NCBI GenBank assembly: GCA_976226885.1
Contig: OZ320317.1
Location: 33,604,001 to 33,668,000, forward strand
Length of the DNA: 64,000 nt
Source of the DNA: Iphione sp. A-MEVVRFRX5
Taxonomy: Eukaryota
Direction of reading: 5' to 3'
The translations under genes and the position numbers were made by a program. Shown piece by piece: positions 31,486-45,700 of the stretch. The notes beneath the pieces are model-generated. The model saw only the letters and a list, made by a program, of their open reading frames with translations, did not search any database and was not told where the DNA came from. Within the stretch, counting starts at the first letter, position 1. Each line of letters opens with the position of its first letter.

Positions 31486-34400
31486 CCCAGTCCTCCCATC
31501 CTTCCTTCGTTCTCTTATCTCATTTCATCTTTCATACTCCCACATCACCCCTTCTATGCCTTTCCCCTCGGCCCGCTCGTTACCCTCAAACCTTACATCC
31601 TCCGCCCAATCGACCGCAACCTTAATGATTTTCGCCCTAGTATGCCTCACACAGCACGTCACTCAACCAGCTTTCAACTCGTCTCGACTTACATCATAAC
31701 TTTTCCCGACCCTCGGCTGAAGCATCACAGTCGCTATCTCTTCAAGGTTCCCGTCCCTAAGCGTCCCTCTAGCAACAACCTCTTCTCGTGCGTTCCTGTT
31801 CTGCCACTTTCCTTCTCTGTTTTCAAACACTGTCCCTTTCTGTGTTATCGAATACCGCCATTCAGTAGGATTATTCTAACCCTGTGTTGCTCCATGTAAT
31901 TAGATTATCTCTACAGTCGTAAGCCTTAAGCAGTCTGGTGAATTACTTCTTTGTTGCTCTGTATGCTTTTCACGTTCGTTCCGAAATAGTTTCGAGAAAT
32001 GCCATGCCCTTAAATGGGACACTCGTTTAGCTAACCTTCTGAAGTGCTCAATGCCTTAATTTTTGGCCTTTCCTCAAACGTGCTTGTAAAATTTTTGTCA
32101 GTCGTTTTCTTTTAGCCACTTTATTTTTACGTAAATATGACATGTATATCAATAAACATGCCCCCGCTGCTAGATTATCCCATTCACTGGGTGTTCCCTG
32201 CGACGGTTTGTTTCGTGAGGCTATCTGGACCTCTATGGAATGTAATTGGAAAGTTTGTAAAAGGTAAAATGACTTGCACACCCACTCTTCAACTGCTAAC
32301 TCGAGACTGATTTGTTCATTGCCTTTAAATTCTTTGTAGTCCGCATGGCTAAAATGAGTTGTCATATGTAACCTTGTACGTTATGTCTAGGCTTCACACC
32401 GAGCACAACCGCCATTTGTTCATACTACTCACAGTACCACTGGTGTACTCACATCTGAATAGTCTTAGACTACTGACGTCTGTCCTTTTTAATGTAAGAG
32501 GGTATAATGCATATATATAGATTATTGTTTAACTCTTCAGGATCAACAATTTTCATTATGAAGGGTGCGTTATCCAGCTGTATTCTCGTAATATACTAAG
32601 AATCCGCTACACCCAATGTAAATGTAGCATTGACTTCATGAAGAAAATTGTTCAATAAAAGACCATTTTTTTCCTCAACTTAAAAGTCGGCATAAATATA
32701 TTCCTTGAACTTTGTCGCTACTTTTACCATTAGGTGTTTTCACTCTACCTTCCTCTTCCCATCGCCAATTTCCTATTTCTCTTTGTCATTTCTACAATAG
32801 TCCCATTATGTGCTCCTTTTCTACTTCCTGTTTCAAAATAAATATACACTGCCCCCTCGGATGTGCCTCGTATATATCCGCTGGTTGTTTGTAGGTTTCT
32901 TGTGATCTTAATTTCACTTTATCCTCCTCCTTCCATCGCCTATTTCCTATTACTTCTTTTCATTTCTACAATTGTCCCATTAGTAGTCTCCGAACCTTCT
33001 TTTCCCGCTCTTTACTTCCTTCCCACTTTCCTTCCTGATTTCAAGGCATTCCTGTGAAAAAGGCGCGCACATTCTCCCATCACCATAACCTTCAAGTCAC
33101 CTCCGCTTTCCCATCCTTCCCCATGCTTCCCGCCCGCACGCGCCACTCCGCCAATGATAATAGCTGTAACCTCAACCTAATGACCCACTCTTCCTTTACA
33201 CACAGCACACCCTCTCCCCCCCTCCTCCCGACTCCCTCCTTCCCACCTACACCACTCATGTCTCTCCCTTCACCCTCCACCGGCGGCCGGCGTGGCCTCT
33301 CAGCCAATGAGAATGTCCGTAATCTGTTGGCGCGCGGCAGTCATTTGTACCCCTTAACTTCGATTTGCCGAGCACATAAACCAGCACAATCACCATTCAT
33401 CATGCTGCGCCCTGAATAAGTTACACCGCGGCCTGCCTGCTTCCCTTCTTCTCTTCTCTCCCTCCAAGCCCCCATTCACAACCCAACAACCTACCCTCGT
33501 TTACCCCCTTCCTTCGCTCTACCTATAAGTGGGTCTAGGAGATTCCGCTCGAGATTGTCAGAGAAATATTCGACAGCGGAATCCACATCAGAATGAATTA
33601 ATTCGAGTACCATAATAGGCAACCGATCATGTTTCGACTTCAATGCTAGAGGTCAAATACAAACTGGATGTGAACTGACGGGAGATTTTTTACGGAATGA
33701 ACATATTTGTATCTTTTCGGTGGTTCCCTTCATCTGGGATCATTCGGTGGCGGTGGGATGCCTCCTGCAGCAGGGTGGAGCAAGAGCCCCTTTTTAAGGT
33801 TATTTTTCTGCGTGCTCGGCCTGTTATTAACTTGTCAGCTGGCGTTACACAGCTTTCCCTGGTTCGCAGCATGCCCTCATTATCGTCTATGCCAGGGAGA
33901 CGCTGGGGAGACGTTGCTGACATGCGCACTGCGCGTGTTATCTAATTAAATGTGATCTCGCGTTGTTTCCCAGTGTCTGGCCGACTTTGCTTGTTGAGCT
34001 ACTCCAAGCCACAGTGTGTACACTCCGAGTCGATCTTTCTCCTCGCTCTCTTGTCCCTGCCGATCACTGCTGTTTAAGCAAACAGGGCAGTGTGATGACT
34101 TCACCGGGAACACAGTCACCCTACGCTCTCTGTTTGAGGGAAAAAAACGATTTCTTTTTCGAATTTGTCGACAACCTGATGTTCTGTGATACAATGTGAG
34201 AGATTTTTAATTATTCTTCAATGCACAAAGATCCGTTTTGGATTGTCCATCAAATGCCCACGGTAAAGTTGTTGATATCTTTTAATGGTAAATTATAGTG
34301 CGATCCTACACATGTTTCCCTTTCTCTCTTCTGCACTGACGCACTCCATTTTTTGTCACTGATTTACCAGTCGAATGTGGTAGACCTCTCTCTACAGTTT

Positions 34401-37400
34401 GACTCTTCGACCTCTCCTTGTGAGCCGTCCTTAGTTCAACATGATAATCACTTGCCCATGATAATGCACTGATCCACTCATACCATCTTCTCTACGCAAT
34501 TATTTTTCGCCGGTCATCATAAGAAGCAATAAATCTGTCTCAATTCTTTGACTTCCCTCTACGCTGACTTAAACAATCCTTTGCAAGTGAGAGTGGTCCA
34601 CCCCTGACCCTTTGACCTATCTATATCCAGCTGTAACTCACTCATTCTGGACCAAAGTATAAGAAATCTCTCCTTCCTTATTCATCCTTTCACACAAATC
34701 GTCCCGAACCGACTTAATGGCTAGCTGAATACAACGAATTTAGACCAGTTAGAGGTCCACCACCACAAAGGATCAGTCTGATTTAATAATTTGCTCACAA
34801 GAAGTTGATAATCCGCTCACATTTGGCTCACCCAAAAGACTCCAGCAAGGTCACCTGAGGATGTTTATGCAGAAAGGTATTTCTTTAAGCCATGGCACTG
34901 GAAGCCTGGTTTCTACGATAAGGATTCACTGAATTATGGCCTGAATGACAATTTAAGAACCTAATATCAATCTTACAGATATTAAACCATCATATTCAGG
35001 GTCAGTTCTGCTTAGTCTATGACAACTGAGTCAGGCTACTACAAACATGCTGTGTACCTAACCCCAGTCTCTTGACCATGGGCCTTAATACCGATGTCAT
35101 TCTGGACTACTGAATCACTACAGATGGAAATACACAAACACACACGCATATCGCTAACAACATTATTTCGTTGTTTTCAAACAATAACAGCCGGCGTTTA
35201 TAAGTGACGTGTTTCCTTTCCAAGGCGTTATTTGGCTTAGATCGTAGACTACGTAGACCAATAGTACATAGCATATGGCACGTTTGACATTTGACCTGCC
35301 ATCGCATTGGAACATACGAACAAGAGTTGGATGAGGGTCTGACTATTCACGTGTGTGGCATGTCATTCGTCCGCCACTAGAAGTAATAATACTTCATTAT
35401 CCCAAAATATATAAATGCAAAGTACCAGTAATGAGTGCAATAACTATCCTTGGCTGCAGGTATGGTATGACATGCTATGTACATAACCTGGTGAATCCTA
35501 GATAAGCTACATCAAAGTGTTTTGTGAGGAAGTACATTTTCATCATAACGAATCACCACATTCTATTGATTAAATCCATATCATTGTGACGTGTTTTTGT
35601 GAGGGATTATCTCTAAAAGACCAAGTACATACAATATCATTTGCAAATCCAACAGAAATAAAGAATGAAGAAATAATAGAATCATAAGGTTCGATCGATG
35701 GTTCTACATGAAATTACGTCAACCTTCCTCCAAGTATAGGAAGCGTTAGTTAATACAGTCACGAACGTTCCGTCATTCTGTATTGTAAAGGAATACTTAT
35801 CAATGGGGATCCTATACGTCAAAAGCAGAAATTATTCGTGGTACAAGATGGCAATGAAATGACTTGGTTATGGTGCAAGCTGTGATATGGGTGGAAAAAA
35901 TCTTGTTTCACATAGAGTTTTAAGGTTGTTATTCTGTCTGGATTGATTCTAGATAAAAACATCATATCCATTTGCCTGACATGCAGAATTAGGTTTTCCA
36001 CTAAGTGCACGCACAGGTAAAGCTGCCTATGTAATGTTTCGTTTCCTCACCAGTATTCAAAGCTGGAATGCATGTTTGCATGCCTGGAAAGCGGCTACGG
36101 TTGCCTCCCACCTAAGCCACTAAGCCGCGGTTCGGGTAGTTGATATCTATCTTGTTTCTTGACTACTGAACGATGTAGCAGGAATGCAAGAGTGTTGAGC
36201 ATCATGGTGATTTGAGGCTACAAGAATAACCAAGGGAACGGGAAAAGCCCCAGTTTGATGTATACACGAAAATATGAGAGACACATTACGTAGTTCTTAT
36301 CCTCGGTACCTCTCAATATATAGTCTCTGTTCCCATCTGAAGGGAGACGTCTTTGTAGATCCATGGTTCTTTTTCTCCCGAGCTTATGCTCGACATGCAC
36401 TCATAATAGATTTCAGGTCTCACCATCCACTATTCAAGCGTCTGACTGTATAGCCATCTACAGTTGTGCGTGGGTAGATAAGAGCGACGATAACTACCTT
36501 TGAAGTGAATAAAGCATTGCACCTGCCGGGGCAGATTGACCTGCCATGATATAGCTTCACTAAGGTAGCCATAGACGTAGATGACACGTGTGATATTGGC
36601 AAACATGGCCGTAAAGCATCTCTTGACGGCAGATCCTGAAAGGAGGCTCTGAGTAGAATGATGCCTGCCTTGTCGGAGGCTGGAGGAAACTGGCAGCAGC
36701 TGTGTGTGTCTGTGTGTATGTGTGTGAGGAGGCTGAGTAGTTGAAAGACCTGTAGGTGTGGCTGGCTAGATAAGATATTCAATCAATGGTTGATATGGTG
36801 GTGATAGGTGCAGGGAGCGAGCGAAGGGGACGACAGGTTGACTTTCATAGAAATGACCCTAGGATAGTGGGAGATCGGTGGGTTTGAATGGGATGGAGCC
36901 CGTTTGTTTGGGTCATAGGAGATTTTATGAGACTACTAACGTCAACGTCAGGGTATATATGCCCTCCCCAGTGCCTGGTTTTCTTTATACCCTCCCTTCT
37001 GGCCTGCTCGCGCCCGCCCCCTACAACTACCAGCACTAGGTCATACCTATGAGTTATGTGTTGACGGGGTAGCCCCTCTGGTTGACCATGCCCCGTTTTA
37101 TACATACAAGCACTTTTGGTGCTTGCACTAGTTGTCTGTATGTGTGTGTGTCTAGTCTCCTTCACTTTCCTCTTTGCTCCATCCCTCTCTGTTTACATTC
37201 GAAGATCAAGACCATTGGTCTTTTACACTTAGCTGAATAATTAGTGCAAGATATATCATGGTATTGGTAAATAAGCTCTCTTCTGAAAAAACTATCTGGT
37301 AATATCTATTAATTTAATATACCTCCAAAGCAACTTTACTTAACTCACATTATTGTAAGAGAGATACTAGGAAGGAAGCAATGGACCACGTTCCCGTCCA

Positions 37401-38945
37401 TGTCTTTCTTATTTCTATTCGCGCTCTGTTCTAGGCCACCGAACTAACTTCCTCTATCTTTGGCCGCAGATGTCTTTTTCTCCGCACTATGAACCTCAAC
37501 GAACCCACCATTTTTCCTGCATCTTTTACGTAAGTGGCCACACTGTTTCCCCTCGCCAGGGTCCCTCGCCATAATATCCCTATTGCCTTCCTCTGAAACA
37601 CTTCGTCCTTTCAACCAAGAGATCATCCATTGACTCGCTACAGCCGAAAGGCAAGGCGTCTTTGCCATATACCCTCGATCCGCAACTTTTTCTCAAATCT
37701 ACCTTTTTTTTCAATTCATCAACCTCACTCTCCCTTTCTGCCAGTTCTCAGTGGTTTGCACCTTGTAAACCCCCCTCACATAACCTTCTCAAAGACGTGT
37801 CTATTCTTTACCTTTCCCTTCCTTTCCTAGAACGTTTTATTTAACGTCTCGGTAACAATTCCTTTCTCCTTCATTATTCTCCTTGACTGACTCCTTCTTT
37901 CTCCCCTCTTTACCGTAGATACCTATTGCCTTCAGTTCTCTGAATTTTTCCTCGTTCTGTATATCTTCCTTCTTACCTTAGCACACTCCTATATCCCTTC
38001 ACCCATCTTTGTCTTCCATTTTTTACCTGTCGGTGCATCCTTTCCTCTCTCCTCAAACTCAACCTTCTTTCCGGCTTTCGGGAGCTTCACGGCTTGCTAC
38101 CCCCTTCCTCCTCCCTCCCCCTTTCCCTCCCGCCTCCGGCTCTGACCTCCAGTAACCCACCTCTTCCCTAAGTGCCTTTCAAGTCGTGTTTTTCATGTGT
38201 TCTATAGCATGCAGGCCAGGCTTCCCTCGAGGGAGAGGCTGATGCTTATACATATAGTAGACATATAATACATCGGGCACTTTCAACCTTCATCGTTCTG
38301 TATATCACATATAGAACGCCTATGTCCATCCCACCCATTTATGTCACATGATTCACACGTAACAAACTACATCGCATAATGTCACAACGGTAGCTGCTAC
38401 AGTGATTGTCAGGAAATTGAGACATTACTACATGGGATAATCATCTATATAATTATATATATATATCATAACCATTTAAGTCACACGTCACATAATTACC
38501 TTAGGTTTATTAACTTCAGCTGCATCACAATTTCTGCACTAGGAAATGTAAGGACATTTCTAATATAGCACCAATCGTAGCTATATCGATGAATGTTACT
38601 AGGTTATAAAACACGAGTCACATCATATGCACAACATCAACTGGAGATTGTATTACTATAACTTAGCACGTACAATATGTAGAAAAGTTATGAACCGTTG
38701 AAAGTAACCAATATTTATAGTTTAATACGTGTCATAGACGTATGGAATGGATAACACATCGCACCGTTTCAGCCTTAAGCGTTCTATTCATAGTATCAGT
38801 CGATTTGAGCCGATCTATCTTGACATGTTTTAATACGCACATGTTCCCTAACTATTGTCATTTAATATAAGGAAATGTTACCGTTCTCTGCGTTGTCCCT
38901 ATGATTAATATCAGACCGTTTAAATTGGATATATCGAATTACGAT

Positions 38946-39007
<62 letters not shown>
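38946..39007. repeat. (AG)n microsatellite
   Basis: Direct reading. Confidence 0.95.
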
Positions 39008-39390
39008 TTGAGTGTAGCGGAGGAATACTGTAAAGCTATGACTGCACGTGATATACCCATATAACACTTTTAATTCCTTTCATAAATCACTAATACACGG
39101 CATGACTGTTCGTGGCAACCATCCATAGACAGACACCTTATCCCTAGAATCAAAACTAATACCTAATTCATTTGATTCACACACATCACATACACCACCG
39201 GGCTAGCTATACATTATGAATGATTTACGTCATTATTGTATGATAAGGCTTTTTCTTTCCCTCTTCTTTCCCTTTAACACCTACCGGGTTGTACTTACAG
39301 CCATACCTCCCTTGTATTAGGTTTTGTTACGTCAAATGTCGTCAGAATAACCGGGATTTTTCAGTATTTGTTAACAATGTTCGTTCGTTC

Positions 39391-39642
39391 CCATGTGGGT
39401 ACATCTAAAACCAAAGTCTAATTATGAAACTAGTCTCCACACAGAACAGTATTTTTGTCCGAGCAAAATTAAGGGAAGCGCCATAGGCGTTTGGACATCT
39501 GACAAAAGTTGAACACTCCAAATGTTGATTCCATCAGTCTGGCACCCTTGTACCGCACAGGTTTGCCAGCTCCCTCTCCTAATACTCCCCCTAAACCTCT
39601 CTTTCTCTGATGACCTTTGACCTCCTCGGCGTGATCCGCCAT
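39391..39642 (-). pseudogene. Possible degenerate THAP-domain coding relic (DNA transposon-type)
   Basis: Across two frames: TCAVQGC ... FNF...R.W ... VLCGD*F ... DVPTW, resembling the THAP C2CH and AVPT boxes. Upstream are an AATATGGCGG start and a GC-rich promoter-like stretch. Confidence 0.3.
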
Positions 39643-41275
39643 ATTGGATTGGACCCCAATCATCGCCCAGAAGCGCATGCGGCGGGCGTCTATCTCTGCC
39701 TCTTCCGATTCTGCGGCAGCGCCGGACGACTGCCCCTCCGGGCCCTTGCCTGAGTAGGTTACTATGGCTACACAGCCGGGAGGGAATGGCCTGCATTGAC
39801 ATTGGTAGGGAATCTGGCTGACCTGTGAAGGTCATTGGGGAGAACACATGGTGGCCAATGAGATGGCTCATCACGCATTACTCGACCCGACGTGCGAAAG
39901 TGAGCCGTTTGCGGGTCGATATGAGTCGACTGTTTAGTTATGTTGGCATGAGTTACACACAGGTTGCTCCAGTTGAAGTTTAATTAAGTTAATTTAGTAG
40001 TCTATTTAAGATTTTTACAATGAAATGTTGAACGCTATCAATTTCTATTGTTCCTATCGAAAAGTACATTATGGAAATGTTACTAGAATTGCCTCTCTAA
40101 TAGTTGTGTACATATACTTCAGTAAACAGGTACTCTGGGAATTTTGGTTTGAAACTGTCCCTAATGAAGGTTGTCTTGTATAAGGCAAGTTCAAAAGCAT
40201 CGTAAAAGAGACAGAAATTACACGACCTTCATATCTATCATGTAGTAATCTTCATGAGGCAGCCTGTTAAGTGTGGCACCAATCTGTAGATATGTATATG
40301 CAGGTGCGTGGGAATGTGCGTTGCGGGGTGCTTTATGGCCGCAGTTAACCCATCGCTCGAGGGAAGGAATCACATTGACATCGCCTACCACTGCGTCGTG
40401 GCCCCTCTCCTTCGGCATCACCCCGCGCCCCAGTTCTAGGACAACTACTGCTAATACTGATATCCCCAGGGAGAGGCTGCCGGTATTTGACACAGGCAAA
40501 GTCGAACACATGTCCTAATCCTATTCTGGTAGAACGTGTGATTTATCCGCGCATACTTCGTGAGCAGTTAGCATATAAGGTTTCAACAATGATGTGGAAG
40601 CACTGCAGTACTTGAGGTTATGATAATGATAATCTTATTTCTCCCACTGGACGTTTCTCATAATGTGGAAGGTAGATACAAGACTATGCCTGACAATTTT
40701 CTCAGATAGTGAGGTGAAATGAAATGGCATGAAAATCTATACAGAGGATATGCAAAAACCGAAAACTCCAAAACTGAATTTTTTCAAAATCCAAATGAAT
40801 TTCACTGGAAGAAATTGTTTTCCTCTGTGTAGCCACTCATATAACCAAAATATTTTATTTCCTAATCTGAACACCATTATTTAGTAAAAAATACATTGAA
40901 ATTTCACTCAAAAACCGAATGCTGCTCTCCCCACAAGTTCATTATGAACCAAAGGGTTGACCAACACATTAAATGTGTCATTTGACGTGGCTTTGCTCCT
41001 CTCTCTCTGACATTCTACCAAATTGTTGAATGGTTCACGCCTCCTCCGCGTGTTGGCCATTCTCCCCCAAGTTCACTAAGAATCAAAGGGTTAAGCTTCT
41101 CATTGAATGTTTCACCAGTCCCGCCGATTTTGGGATGAATTTGGCTGAGTTTCACCGAATTTTGGATGAATTTGGAACTATTCAAAATCCCCCAAATCGA
41201 AAATCTGAACGATTTTGGCTGAAACGGCGATCATCCGGCTTTTTAATATTGACTGTAATCAGATAAACAGCACAA

Positions 41276-42788
41276 CACTGAAAAAATTAACTTGTCCTGG
41301 CATGGTCTATATGACAATTTTTAGGGTTGTCATTGAGTTTTTGACAAACTAAATGATGAATGACAATGGTATAGTCAAACTGACAATATTGTCTTGTCAT
41401 AAATATGTCACACACTTGTCAAATCGTCCTTTAGGTCTCACTGCAACAGTTATTTTATAAGCAAAGTGACAGAATCTAAAAGCACATTATTTCAGGGAAA
41501 TCAATACATATACAACCATGAAATATATCAGTATTACTAATAGAATTACTTAACTCCCTATCAATGTATTCCTGAGATCAGTGAAAGAAAGAAAAATATG
41601 TCATTCAAATTCAACTACAGCATACCTTGAAAAACAGTTATGGAGTTAGGAGCCACTTGTCTGAGGTGAGTGAACATATCAACTCATTACATACCTTTAA
41701 AATGGTCCTAGAAAGAAGTGCTTTATACCAAAATGAAGCTAATAACCTCCTCTACACTGCTGTTGCATTGGTTTTGCTCTTACATGAGGCTTAGGGCCTT
41801 AGATTTATGAAAATGTGCGATCGCGATATATCGCAAATACTGCACAGCCAAAAATCTGACAAACTTTTTTCTTACTTCATCTTCTTGATACAAGATTTTT
41901 TTTCTCATATCAAGAAGATGAAGTAAGAAAAAAGTTTGTCAGTCAGACAAGAAACATTTACAATTACAAGAAGAAAAGTACTTATAACAAGTAAAATTAT
42001 CTTTAAATATCTTAATCAACCTCCTACTTACTAAGAAACTATCTTGTTTTGTGATACAAAATCTTAAAATAGGAAAATTTTCTAGACCAAGAAAGTGATT
42101 TTTGGCTGTGTGAGGGCAACTATCCCAGCCAGTACACAACATTTTAAGAACGTTTTCATGTAGTTACAATGTTTGATACCATTTTACAACATTTTATGAT
42201 AAGTTTTCTGTTGGGTACAATGTTTGCATCCATTTTAAAACATTTTAAGAACTTTTTCTGGGGGGAACAGGAGATGGCCAAGGCAGGGGGAGCACCTGAC
42301 AAGGTCTGAGGACTTCTAGGAGCAGCAGGAGGACAGCCAAGGTGGGGGAAGAAACTGATGAGGTGTAGGGGCTTCTAAGAGCAGCAGGAGGATGTCCAAT
42401 GTCTGTTTTGCATTGTCCATTTGATATATCAGTCTAGTAGTATAAATGATCTTATGACAAGTGTCTTTTTCATTGTGACAAGGATAAAATTGTTATTTTG
42501 ACAAGTTTATGACAACCTCATAGTCAAAAACTTTGAGCGACGATGCTAAACTTGTACATTGTATGACAGTCAATTGGATGAGGTAAAACTTGTCACTAGA
42601 GACAACCCTATGACAAGTTTAGTCCTTCATAGTGACAAATTTAACCTTGTTATATTAACAAGTTTATGACAACCTTCCTTGTCACAAACTTACCGACAAT
42701 GCTAAACTTGTACATTGTATGACCGTCAACAGGACAAGGCAAAACTTGTTACTAGAGACAAGGCCAGGACAAGTTTATTTTTTCAGTG
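41276..42788. mobile_element. Non-autonomous EnSpm/CACTA-type DNA transposon (1513 bp)
   Basis: TIRs CACTGAAAAAAT(T/A)AACTTGTCCTGG (24/25 match), a 2-bp TSD AA, dense subterminal TGACAA/TTGTCA repeats at both ends, and a ~156-bp tandem duplication (42453-42764). Confidence 0.85.
41843..42110. mobile_element. Nested 268-bp EnSpm-like MITE
   Basis: Perfect 14-bp TIRs CACAGCCAAAAATC / GATTTTTGGCTGTG with a 2-bp TSD TG; contains a 35-bp perfect inverted repeat. Confidence 0.75.
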
Positions 42789-45700
42789 AATGGATAATAG
42801 GAAACTATAATATTCTCGGCCTGTTTCATCCTAATATTTCTTAAATTTCTTTCATAACATTTTATAAAGCTCTTAGGTCTTTCGGCCACATCATTAGAAC
42901 ATATGAACATATTATAAAAAATGTATTTTGTAATATTTTAATACGTTTTGATCAAGATGCTATGAAAATATTACTAAAACATTTTAAAAATACCATTTCA
43001 TACCTTTTTAGAAACCTCTTTTGGAAATCTTTTAGAAATGTTCTGAAAACATTATAGCTCTATAAAGCTGTTTGTGAAAATGCCATGTGTTTGTTGGGAT
43101 GGGAAGACCCGAAATCGAGCATACTTTGATCAGTCATCTATGTGTATTTTAAATCTATACAGGAAGTAAAGGAACTTTATTACATATTCCTAAAAGGAAT
43201 GTGGCTCGTATAATACCTGTTAGAGCTTGTCTTCCACTTGACCCAGTGCAAATTGTTTATTCAACGCAGTTGATGTCTTTAACTGAACTTCCGTTGTATG
43301 GAAACGAGATAATAACAAAGCACATCATGTTTTTTATCCATCGCAAGTAAATAAATCTGATGTACTTACAGCTATTCGTTGAGATCATCATTTAAGAGCA
43401 GAGTACAAAAACCTCAACAGATCAACATACCGTATAAATCTCCACATACAGAGTGGGTCGAGGTATACTGGCTGTTGCTATTCAGACGTGCAGGTAATAG
43501 ACGGGTTGCATTGTGGTGACCGAATATAAATGATATGTATCTATAATCTGGATACCCATAGGGAGAAGGGCACATGTCTAATCCCTCTCAGACGGAAATG
43601 TGTCCAATCGTAAGTTTTTTTATATAATTGGGTGCACTAGATATTCTTATGAACTCACTTAGAGTATCACTCGGGATTCTTTATCGTAGAACAGCTTTCC
43701 ATTATTGATGAAGTTACTCAGGGGACCGAATTTCACCTTTATTGGTAAAACAAATGACTTGTTGAGCGGTGTGCAGATGGTGCCACTGACGCCGACGCTA
43801 TTGGTCAGTTTCTTCACGGCGAGAAGCGTCATCCCCGGACTGACGGGAGGTCCAAGGTGATCACAAAGACCACCCACGTGACTTCCTGTCCGTCCATATT
43901 GGCAATGGGTGTATCCCTCAGTGAGACGGAGCCATGACTCAACCTCTCAGGATGGACTCTCCTTACATTAACGCGCAGTGTTTAAAGAATCTTTACTTGT
44001 TACAATTTTTGCTTATCTTAATTCTGCATTAATCTTTTTGAACTTTGGGAAATGTGTATTTTTATCGTGAAAAAGGGAGTTAACCCTCTCAAAGATTGGT
44101 TGTAATATACGATTGAAATGAGATTCCCATCTAATTGGTATAAACGGTCATCAACTCCTAGACTACATGTATACAATTTGAACATGACCTTGGCTTTGTC
44201 TATAAAGCCAGACTATCGTTCCTGTAAAAAGCTTGAAAGATCAACGAAACTCAAAGAGGGTAAGAATCAGAAACGATCACAAACTCATGTAGCAATAAGG
44301 GATCCTTTTGTGCATAATCATCCTCGTCATACTGTTTCGTTTAGGCTAGAAGAAATATTTTAGCGGTCCGGTATTGCTGGTTATACAAGGCCAAGTAGTT
44401 GTTCGTATGATTGATTTTCACATATAGAGCTCGCAAAAGTAATGATGCTCGATCTCCCGGTACAGATAGGGACCAAAAGTACTTACATCCTTGAAAATGA
44501 TGTGGCCCCGGGGTCAGGAATTCACTATGGCTCTTGGAGTGAGTGGCCAGCTGGCCCATTTATTTCACAGCTTTGATTTTTTTCTAACTCGTTCATTGTT
44601 CCGCCTTATCCAGATATTATTTTTGCCTTCCCACGGCCCTCTACTTCGTTCTCTCATAGCCATCGTCCTATCGGAAAATGCTGTAATCTTTCACTGTAAT
44701 AGCTTCTTTTTCCTTGCCATTTCCGTGTCATTTTCTATTCCTTAATTGTCTTCATTCACCTGTTGTTTTTTCTCCATTATATTTTTTGTGTGTATTTCTT
44801 CGAAGTTCCAGGCTTGTTTTCTACCTCTTAGTCAGACTCTTCCGCTCGTTCTCAACCTGTATTTTTTTACAGTTTTCTTTTAAGTTGTCTTTTTTCGGTC
44901 TCATTTTTTCTTTTCCTTTCAGCAACTGTTCATTGGTTAAATGGGCTTTGTTTTACTTATACATCTTTCTGGCTGGAATCTTTATTGTTTCCCCTCTCTT
45001 CCTCTAGTGTTTCTTCAATTTCCCTCAGTCAGTCTGTTTATTGGTCTTTATCCCTGTTTCTAGTTCCTGCTCTATTTCTCCTATCCTCTGCATCTCATTT
45101 CTAGTCCTTTCCTTGACTATTTTCTGTTGTTCATTTTGCATTTTCTCTTTTTGCCATTCCCCATCTATTCAACTCCTCTTCCCCTGCATCTCTTTCTCCT
45201 CTTCCCCCTATTTCCGATCGCCATATTGGCATCAGATGGAGACGCCGTGTTTTCTTATCCCGCCATCTTCACCGCGCCCTTGACCTTGGGGCCTCAGGCA
45301 GGTTCCCTAGGGGATAACGCCTCGTCTCTGACGAGATTTCCGCCGAGATTTCCGCCAAGATTTGCCGCCTGTCGATTTGACAGCTGATGCCCTGCGCGTC
45401 TCGGCGGCTTTCCCGATTCCTGCACGTTAGTATTCATAAATCAGTGGACCTTCTCTACCTCGGGCCCCGACACTCTTCATAATGGACCCTTACAGGAGGA
45501 GGACTAAGCAAGAGGAGGGCGGGATTGGCGTCATAGGGTGTGTATGTGTGTGCAATACAGGCAGGAACATGAGGGAAGGCAAAATGGGGCTCCCGCCCCC
45601 TCCTTCTTAGCTGCCCCCTATAGAGAAATTCTACAACGCTCACTACTAATGCCATACATTTTGCATTATTAGGTGCCCGCGTGGAGTCTTAAAGACCATT

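Noticed and set aside
33707-33949. Signal-peptide-like ORF (FLRLFFCVLGLLLTCQLALHS) after a CCAAT/GC-rich promoter-like stretch
   Set aside because: No usable GT donor after the hydrophobic stretch and the frame stops; unsupported without RNA data.
34856-34895. CTGAGGA...GAAA hammerhead-like motif
   Set aside because: No stem I pairing around any NUH site.
36420-36782. 120-aa minus-strand ORF and a possible internal phase 1-1 exon
   Set aside because: No recognisable domain; splice signals are only moderate.
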